NCBI GenBank assembly: GCA_965198225.1
Contig: CBDAOY010000005.1
Span: 32,001 to 96,000, forward strand
Length of the DNA: 64,000 nt
Source: Terriglobia bacterium
GTDB taxonomy: Bacteria > Acidobacteriota > Terriglobia > 20CM-2-55-15
Direction: 5' to 3'
Position 1 is the first letter of the stretch. Every line of letters begins with the position of its first letter. Under the pieces are notes generated by a model that was not told where the DNA came from, searched no databases, and worked only from the letters and a program-made list of their open reading frames with translations. Shown here piece after piece: positions 57,463 to 64,000 of this stretch. Both the position numbers and the translations under genes were made by a program.

Positions 57463-60133
57463 CGTTGATCCGACACAGAGGGGTCAAAGGGCAATGAAGG
57501 CAGGTCTTCCCGGGTTTCTTCGGGTCTACAGCAGACTTGCCGGCCCGGAACTCTTGCCCTAGTCGGTCGAGGACCGCACGCCACTGCTCGATCGCGATTT
57601 CAAGCGAGACATGCTTACCGTTTGGTCTCACACCCGGAACAATCCCCTCCGCTGCGGCCAGTCCGCGGAACCCCACCTTCCCGATCCGCAGGGTTCCGAA
57701 AAACACGCCACTCACCCCTGAATCTGCCGTGACCGCATAAAGCGGCAGTTGGGGTTCGTCCGGACGGTCGCCCTCCCATCGGGACGGGCCGCTCAGCCCG
57801 GTCTTGTAGTCGATGACTACGAGCGTACCGTCTTCCAGGACGTCGACACGGTCCGCGCGAATACCGATGTCGATACCACCGACCTTGACGCGCCGTTTCT
57901 CTTCCCGGCTGAGAACCCAAAAGGGCGGTCGGACCTTCTCCAGTTCCAACCACTCGGTAACGAGCCGGGACAGCCTCGACTGTTCGATCGCCGCGAAACG
58001 AGTGTGACGGAGCACTCGTCTCCTGAGCGACATCTCCTGGATCACGGCACCGGCCTCCTTCCGAACCAACGCCGCAAGCCTGTTTTCGTCGGTGGACATC
58101 AGCCCGGCGTGGGACCGCAACCGAGCCCAGACCCGCTCGAGCATCCCGTGGATTAGAAGGCCCCGATCCAGAGCACTCAGGCCGGGTCGTGCTACATCGT
58201 GGGCGTCGGCGCCCAGGCGCAGTTGGCCGAAGGCACGGAACGGGCATGCCGCCTGGTAGCGGAAGATCGCAGTACCACCCCGAGCTTCCGAACCGGTCCA
58301 GCGCGGAGCCTCGTGATCGTCGATGGTCTCCATGCGGGACGAGAGGCGCAGCTCCTCGGCGTAGTCGAAACCGGGAAAAACTCCAAGCTCGGCCGTGCTC
58401 GTCTCCGGCAGGTCCACAAACAGCGGGCTTGGCCTCAGATCCGAATCCGCCTCCCGGTCGGAACTGCTGACGACAACTTCCGGCGCCGCGGACAACATCC
58501 GACCGGTCAGGAGTTTCGCGAACTCCAGTTCCCGCTGTGGCGAGGACCGCGGCATGTTGAACCGTCGTTGGAGCCGAAGCGGGAGGAACGGATTCGGACC
58601 GCTCGAGGGCGGCCACACCCCATCGTGCATCCCCATGATCCAGAGCTGATCGAACCGCAGGCCGGTCGATTCAAAAACTCCGAGGATCTGCACTGGCGCC
58701 GGCTCGGATTCCGGCTGGAACTGCCGCGCAACCGCCATGCGCTGCAGCACCCCCACGGCGGTGCCCAGGGTCATCCTGCCGCTCACCTGGTCCATGCCCC
58801 CCAGTTCCAACAGCAATTCGTTCCAGACATCCGCCGTCTGGTACTCCGCGCTGCCGAGGCTCCGATCTCCAGGCCAGCCCATGGCCCTCAACAGAGCTGA
58901 CACCGACGAGACCCAGTCGCTAGGCCTCTGAATCGCTGGCAACCGGTTCCACTCGTCCTGCCATCGCGAAAGGAGCACGGCGAGTTTGGGACAGCCGAAC
59001 TGTTCCCTCCTCGCCCGCGCCATCGCGACGATTGCTCCCAGCCCCACTTCCGGCTCCCTCAGGGCGCGCAGCTGAGCGTCGAGGAGCCCCCGTCGAGTGT
59101 GTTCTTCACTCGCTCCACCGATGAACGGACTGCGCACCAGCCGTCCGGCGTCTTCGATCGGGATCGACTGAGGAGTTGTCCCGAGGATGCGCAGGGCGGT
59201 GTCGATCAGCGGATATTCCGCCAGCGCCATGCCCAGGGAGATGTTGAAGACCCGCTCCGAGTCGCGTTCGGGGGTCAACCGGCCGCCGGGATGAAACTGC
59301 TCGGCAAACACGTGTTCGATCCGGCTGCGGCAGGCTGACAGATCGGGAACGATGATCCCGATGCGGTGGCCGGACGCACCCGATGAACCGGCGGCATCCA
59401 GGCCCTGGCGTGCCCAGACGGCGGCGGCTCGCACTTCTTCGTCCTGATCGATCAGCCGAACTCGGACGGCTCTGGAGGGATCGGCGTTATCTTGTCGCAC
59501 TTCGACGTCGGTGCCCCTCCGACGGAGCGATTCGTTCAGCCGCTCGAGGGCCGGTGTCGTTTCGATGAAACCGGCGATCACGATCCTCTCCGGAGCCGCG
59601 ATGGCTCCGTCATCGATCCGGTCCGCGATGAAGCGGGCCAAACTGGCCCCCGACAGCCAGCCGTTCGCCTCGCACCGGCTGAGGAACGCGCCGGTCCACC
59701 GGCAAAACGCCTCGTTGTCGTCCGAGTCGTTCCACTCGGACGAGTCGAACGGAAGCTCCCAGGCACAGGCCAGACTCCATGCGTCCATCGCCGCCTGGGC
59801 GGTCTGGGCAACCCGGAACAGCGCGTCGCCTTCCGCAGAACTGCGGACGACGTCTTCCCAGACCGCCCTTTCCTGGGCAGGCCGGAGCAAGTGGAGTGGA
59901 CTGTTCGCCCGACCCGAGTACAACCAGTCGCGCCAGAGTCTGCCGAGCCACGAATTGACCGGAAGGATCTCTGGAGACGGCCACGTGAGGCGGCCGGCCG
60001 CAAGCTGCTCGTCGTCGTACTGCCGCCGGAGCTCGCGCGCGAGTCGGGTCGTCGCCGTGACGACCGGTGCGGGAAGGAGACCATGTGCGACTTCAGCCGA
60101 AGGCTCAGACTGTGGAACGAGCTGCCGAATCAT
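57404..60133 (-). CDS. addB: AddB/RexB-like inactive helicase with Fe-S-associated PD-(D/E)XK nuclease
   Basis: ACPFRAF, RADRVD...IDYKTG, QLPLY, C-terminal CLHC..C. Confidence 0.82.
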   Translation of the reverse strand: MIRQLVPQSEPSAEVAHGLLPAPVVTATTRLARELRRQYDDEQLAAGRLTWPSPEILPVNSWLGRLWRDWLYSGRANSPLHLLRPAQERAVWEDVVRSSAEGDALFRVAQTAQAAMDAWSLACAWELPFDSSEWNDSDDNEAFCRWTGAFLSRCEANGWLSGASLARFIADRIDDGAIAAPERIVIAGFIETTPALERLNESLRRRGTDVEVRQDNADPSRAVRVRLIDQDEEVRAAAVWARQGLDAAGSSGASGHRIGIIVPDLSACRSRIEHVFAEQFHPGGRLTPERDSERVFNISLGMALAEYPLIDTALRILGTTPQSIPIEDAGRLVRSPFIGGASEEHTRRGLLDAQLRALREPEVGLGAIVAMARARREQFGCPKLAVLLSRWQDEWNRLPAIQRPSDWVSSVSALLRAMGWPGDRSLGSAEYQTADVWNELLLELGGMDQVSGRMTLGTAVGVLQRMAVARQFQPESEPAPVQILGVFESTGLRFDQLWIMGMHDGVWPPSSGPNPFLPLRLQRRFNMPRSSPQRELEFAKLLTGRMLSAAPEVVVSSSDREADSDLRPSPLFVDLPETSTAELGVFPGFDYAEELRLSSRMETIDDHEAPRWTGSEARGGTAIFRYQAACPFRAFGQLRLGADAHDVARPGLSALDRGLLIHGMLERVWARLRSHAGLMSTDENRLAALVRKEAGAVIQEMSLRRRVLRHTRFAAIEQSRLSRLVTEWLELEKVRPPFWVLSREEKRRVKVGGIDIGIRADRVDVLEDGTLVVIDYKTGLSGPSRWEGDRPDEPQLPLYAVTADSGVSGVFFGTLRIGKVGFRGLAAAEGIVPGVRPNGKHVSLEIAIEQWRAVLDRLGQEFRAGKSAVDPKKPGKTCLHCPLTPLCRINDAGRSGGPALPKDSEPTGA

Positions 60134-60385
60134 TCATGACCTCGGTGGGAAAACCCGCGCCGGAGAGCGAAGGTCCTTCGTCGGAGGTGGGCGTCCCCCA
60201 CTGCGGCTAACAGGATCCGATGACTTTATTCAATTTCCCATGCAGTGCGGACAGGTCGGGTCCGAGCGATCATGACGCGCAGAAGGTGAGAGGCAATCGG
60301 TCAGATCAACCCGTCCAACCCTTGCCTCCACGTTCCGCCCAGATGCATACTGGCAACCAGCCCTTTCGAAGTGTGGAGAAAGACA

Positions 60386-60583
60386 TTGGCAACTAAGGAA
60401 ACAGTGAAGGCGCTACTCGATCGTCTTCCTGATGACTGCAGCCTCGACGATGTTCTCTACCATCTCTATGTGTTGCAAGCGGTCGAGCGCGGGCAAGCCG
60501 ACTCCGAGTCCGGTCGGACCATTTCTCACGAGCAAGTGGCACGGGAGCTTCGTGAGAAGTGGCTGCTCGGCAAAGAAGGGTAG
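60386..60583 (+). CDS. Putative antitoxin (partner of ParE/RelE)
   Basis: LLDRLPDDCSLDDVLYHLYV...ERGQAD...GRTISHEQV; overlaps the start of the toxin gene. Confidence 0.75.
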   Translation: MATKETVKALLDRLPDDCSLDDVLYHLYVLQAVERGQADSESGRTISHEQVARELREKWLLGKEG

Positions 60584-60875
60584 TCTGGACTAGCTCCGCT
60601 CGATTATCCGTCGACGATACAATCCTCTACATCGCCCAAGAGTCTCCGATGGCAGCCCACGCTTTCTCGAAGGGGTACTCGAGGCAGCGGACTCGCTGGG
60701 AACATTGAGCGACCGTGGCCGGAGTGTGCCCGAACTGAACGACCTGTCGATTCGTGAGATTTTCGTGCGACAGTACCGACTGATTTACGCGGTCGGGGAA
60801 ACTCAGGTCACGCTCCTGGCCTTTGTCCACAGCGCCCGAGATTTTGCGAATTGGCGGAATCAAATTGAGGAATGA
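60559..60875 (+). pseudogene. RelE/ParE toxin with a frameshift near 60660
   Basis: VVWTSSAR...YIAQESPMAA in one frame; GRSVPEL...IREIFVRQYRLIY...FVHSARDF in another. Confidence 0.8.
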
Positions 60876-60879
60876 CCCG

Positions 60880-61018
60880 ACGCAATTCGGGACGAATATC
60901 TCATCCATGCTAGTCTCAAGGGACCGGCCGGAAAAGAAGCTGAAATAACAAGCGTTTGGATCGTTCTGAACCGGGAAGATGTCCCGCGCTTTGTGACGGC
61001 ATATCCTGGAGGGCAACG
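60880..61018 (+). pseudogene. DUF6883-like remnant (C-terminal part only)
   Basis: LKGPAG...ITSVWIV...PRFVTAYP, lying directly upstream of a DUF4926 gene as is typical. Confidence 0.6.
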
Positions 61019-61252
61019 ATGGAATTCAAAGTGCCCGACACAGTCATCCTGACCCACGATTTGTCTGAACACGGGCTTTGTCAGGGCGATCTTGGCACGG
61101 TCGTGCAGGTTTATGGTCGTGAAGCCGTCGAAGTGGAGTTCGTCACGGCAGGTGGCCGGACCCAGGCCCTGGTCACCCTCAAGACCGAGGACGTCCGACC
61201 CGTTAAGGACACCGATTTGATCGCGGTTCGTTCGACAGACCAGTCCCCGTGA
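61019..61252 (+). CDS. DUF4926 family protein
   Basis: DTVILTHDL...GDLGTVVQV...VEVEFVTAGGRT. Confidence 0.8.
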   Translation: MEFKVPDTVILTHDLSEHGLCQGDLGTVVQVYGREAVEVEFVTAGGRTQALVTLKTEDVRPVKDTDLIAVRSTDQSP

Positions 61253-61369
61253 GAGCACCCCGCTATATGTACCGGCGGTGTGTACGATCGCCGCCTCCTT
61301 AGCGCTTCTGTTCGGGTTTTCGCGACACACGAGCCGCGGTCAATGGGCCTGACTTTTGGGGACAGCTTC

Positions 61370-62374
61370 CTACGGGGCCAGAGAGGCGGTGTAGGCGCCG
61401 ATCGACACCAGGTCTTCCAAAGTCAACTCGGCCACGACGTCATGCATCAGTTCTGCCCACACCCCGTTTCGCGCGCCCGACTGGAAGTCGTAAAGCTGGC
61501 GGACGCTGTAACTGGGGGAACGGCCTGCAATCCCTGGCACGGGACCAAGACCCTGCAAATCCGGGCCATGGCAGATTCCGCACGGAGTCGTTCTGCCGCC
61601 GCCGCCGGTGGTGACCAATACCTCGCCTTTGCGGATGCTGCCGGGCGGCACGTAGACAACGAACCCGGAAGCCCCGTCACGAAGCCCGGTTCTGCCCAAA
61701 TCTTCAGGTAGCTCGACAATGCGTTGGCCGATCGGCTCCTCGGCGCCGTCCTCGGACGGGACAAACATGGCTCCAGAGACATAGGGCTTCGGCACGTTCG
61801 CCGATTCGATGACCCGGATCCATGGTTTGAATTCAAAACTGGAAAAGTATTCGGCCGCGGCCCTCACTTCAGCGTCGTTCGCGCTTTTTCCGATGGCGAG
61901 CATCGCATTCGGTGGCCCCATCCTGGGTTCCGAGCTGATTCGGAGGCCGTTCTTGTAATCGGCCATCTGCTGCACGATGTAAGCGGCAGGCAGGCCGGCC
62001 AGACTGGCATTTTCGGGACGACCCTGCCCGTTAGTCAGATGGCAGTAACCGCACGCACGCACCTCCGGACTTCTGCCATGGGCCACGATTTCGGGCATCG
62101 GGGGATGGCCGTCAGGATGCCAGTCGGGGGGGTTGAACAAATCCCTGGTTTCGCTCAGCGTGAAAGTCACGCTGCTGCCGGGAACGCGTCGCGGAGTGCC
62201 ATCGTCGGGCGGACGGGGAGCACGGGCCGCGTCCGGGTCCCGGACAGGATACGCCCAAGGTGGAGGGGAGGCCCCGGCGGCGGGTGCGCGATCACGCTGT
62301 GGCCGCGCCGCAAGGACTCCAAGCGCCACAGCGGACACGACCGTAAACGTCAGGATGCGAGGGAGATTCCTCAT
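61370..62374 (-). CDS. Di-heme cytochrome c (c4-like), secreted
   Basis: Signal peptide, CGYCH and CGICH, AGGAGG RBS. Confidence 0.9.
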   Translation of the reverse strand: MRNLPRILTFTVVSAVALGVLAARPQRDRAPAAGASPPPWAYPVRDPDAARAPRPPDDGTPRRVPGSSVTFTLSETRDLFNPPDWHPDGHPPMPEIVAHGRSPEVRACGYCHLTNGQGRPENASLAGLPAAYIVQQMADYKNGLRISSEPRMGPPNAMLAIGKSANDAEVRAAAEYFSSFEFKPWIRVIESANVPKPYVSGAMFVPSEDGAEEPIGQRIVELPEDLGRTGLRDGASGFVVYVPPGSIRKGEVLVTTGGGGRTTPCGICHGPDLQGLGPVPGIAGRSPSYSVRQLYDFQSGARNGVWAELMHDVVAELTLEDLVSIGAYTASLAP

Positions 62375-62463
62375 GAATTCCTCCTTGATATCTTCGGTGG
62401 TTCAGACACGTCGGTTCTTGGGGACTCCTGTATACACTGAGGGAGTCTCACTGCGCAATGCGT

Positions 62464-62886
62464 TTGGCAAAGTTCTACGGCGTCTCCACAAAGCGGTTGA
62501 ATGAGCAAGTCAAACGGAACAAGGATCGGTTTCCGGCAGATTTCGTATTTCGATTGACGAGTTCCGAGAGGGCTGAGGCAGTCGCGAATCGCGACCACCT
62601 GTAGAGGCTCAAGTTTTCCTGGGCCCTGCCGTATGTTTTCACTGAACACGGAGCTCTGAAGGCAGCCAGCGTTCTGAATGGCCGTCGGGCCGTCGAAATG
62701 AGCGTGTTCCTGGTACGAGCATTTGTGAAGCTCCGTCAGGCAGTCGGACAGGACAGGGAATTGGCTCACCGACTGAATCAACTGGAGCGACGACTGACCG
62801 CTGGGCGGTATCGTCCGAGATTCAGGTCTTTCGATCGCACAGTTCAAGAAGCTGCTGTAGCTCAATCGCAGATCCGATCAACCTGA
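62464..62886 (+). pseudogene. ORF6N-domain protein remnant
   Basis: LAKFYGVSTKRLNEQVKRNKDRFPADFVF...*...PYVFTEHGA...ASVL. In-frame TAG at 62602-62604; 5' end missing. Confidence 0.8.
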
Positions 62887-63026
62887 TCTATACCAGATCG
62901 GATGTCAAACGACCCCTTGTCATCCCGACACACGATGCGGTCCCAGTGTTCGTGATCAAGAACCTGATTCGCACCGCTGGCCTCAGTCGGGATAGTTGTT
63001 TCGCCCGACCACGCCAAGCTCAATGA
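62880..63026 (+). pseudogene. HicA-like toxin C-terminal fragment
   Basis: LIYTRSDVKRPLVIPTHDAVPVFVIKNLIRTAGLSR. Confidence 0.6.
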
Positions 63027-63176
63027 AACGGATACCCCTGTTTCATGACCACTAGGTGAAAAGTGGCTGCTCGGAAAAAAAGGATGATATGGGTTGACTC
63101 GGCTCGACACGACCTCGCATAAGGCAAAAACTCGAACCTCTAGCCTTTTCACCATCACCGGAATACACTTCTATCC

Positions 63177-63380
63177 ATGGCAGATCAGCCGATCACCGTC
63201 ACGTTGAGCACCGAACAGATTGCCAGGCTTAAGGAGTTGGCGACCCGCTGCGGTGTCCCGATTGAGGAGCTCGCGCGAGCCGGGATTGAGGATTTGCTTG
63301 CCCGCCCTGACGACGCATTCGACGAAGCAGCAGAAAAGATACTGCGGAAGAATGCGGAGTTGTATCGCCGCCTTTCCTAG
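63177..63380 (+). CDS. RHH/CopG-like antitoxin
   Basis: ITVTLSTEQIARLKELA...KNAELYRRL; overlaps the doc start. Confidence 0.8.
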   Translation: MADQPITVTLSTEQIARLKELATRCGVPIEELARAGIEDLLARPDDAFDEAAEKILRKNAELYRRLS

Positions 63381-63766
63381 TGCGTTATCTCACAACGGGC
63401 GAACTCCTGGAGCTCTACCGCCGGGTTGTGCAGCAATCTGGGGGTGCATTGGGAGTTCGAGACCTCGGCGCTTTGGAATCGGCCCTGGCGCAGCCCAGAA
63501 TGACCTTCGATGGAGTGGATTTATATCCTGAGCTGGCCGAAAAGGCGGCCGCCCTGGGTTTCTCCCTGATTCAGAACCATCCCTTCATCGACGGCAACAA
63601 GCGGATCGGACATGCCGCGATGGAGCTGTTTCTGATTTTCAACGGGTCTGAATTGCAAGCAGCCGTAGGGGAACAAGAATCCGTCATATTGCGGCTCGCT
63701 TCCGGGGAGTTACCTCGCGATCAATTCGCCGCGTGGGTACGCGACCACATCACTCCTCTTCTGTAG
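63380..63766 (+). CDS. doc: Doc/Fic family toxin
   Basis: GVRDLGALESAL, HPFIDGNKRIG Fic motif. Confidence 0.9.
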   Translation: MRYLTTGELLELYRRVVQQSGGALGVRDLGALESALAQPRMTFDGVDLYPELAEKAAALGFSLIQNHPFIDGNKRIGHAAMELFLIFNGSELQAAVGEQESVILRLASGELPRDQFAAWVRDHITPLL

Positions 63767-64000
63767 AGACGATCTATTCGCCGCCGTGGTTCCCGAAGGT
63801 CCAGGTGCGTGCTGTGATCGCACAAATCGCGGTGACGCGCGCTCACCTCATTGCCGACCCCTGTCGTCCGTTCCTGCCGATGGGCGCATGCATTCTGCGA
63901 TGAATCGAGCAAACGGACGAATGTCGTTGTCCACACTTGCACTCTCGAGCGCGGACATGTATTTCGTTCTGTCCTCAACCCGGATAATCGTCCACGGGTA

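Noticed and set aside
60371-63800. Integron cassette array
   Set aside because: I could not identify attC sites or an integrase by eye. IntegronFinder would be needed to exclude it fully.

Overview
GC-rich bacterial chromosome segment, most likely Acidobacteriota, judged from an Acidobacterial-type VWA protein, DUF1549/DUF1553 plus DUF1501, TPR-CHAT proteins and a DUF6178-like protein. Most of it is housekeeping or conserved genes (RNase II/R, gpmA, ilvE, quinone oxidoreductase, AddAB-like helicase/nuclease, YhaO/YhaN-like nuclease/ATPase, a two-component system). The main finding is a three-level nest of group II introns inside a cysteine synthase gene on the minus strand. An RT-encoding intron A (28624-32413) carries an ORF-less intron B (30160-32012) inserted in the conserved AUAGU|A internal loop of A's domain III. 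A second copy, B' (30485-31402), sits at the equivalent site of B. The predicted EBS1 of B/B' (ACUAUU) is complementary to that domain III motif, so this ORF-less intron appears to target group II introns, including itself. Removing B', B and A in order restores an intact 323-aa cysteine synthase. Other notable items: an ECF sigma/anti-sigma/kinase operon divergent from a Tat protein + TPR-CHAT protease operon (with a probable frameshift, an in-frame TAG and a MITE in the promoter), several MITE/REP families including a nested REP-MITE-REP structure, and a cluster of decayed toxin-antitoxin genes at the right end. All family assignments come from motifs recognised by eye; no database search was run.
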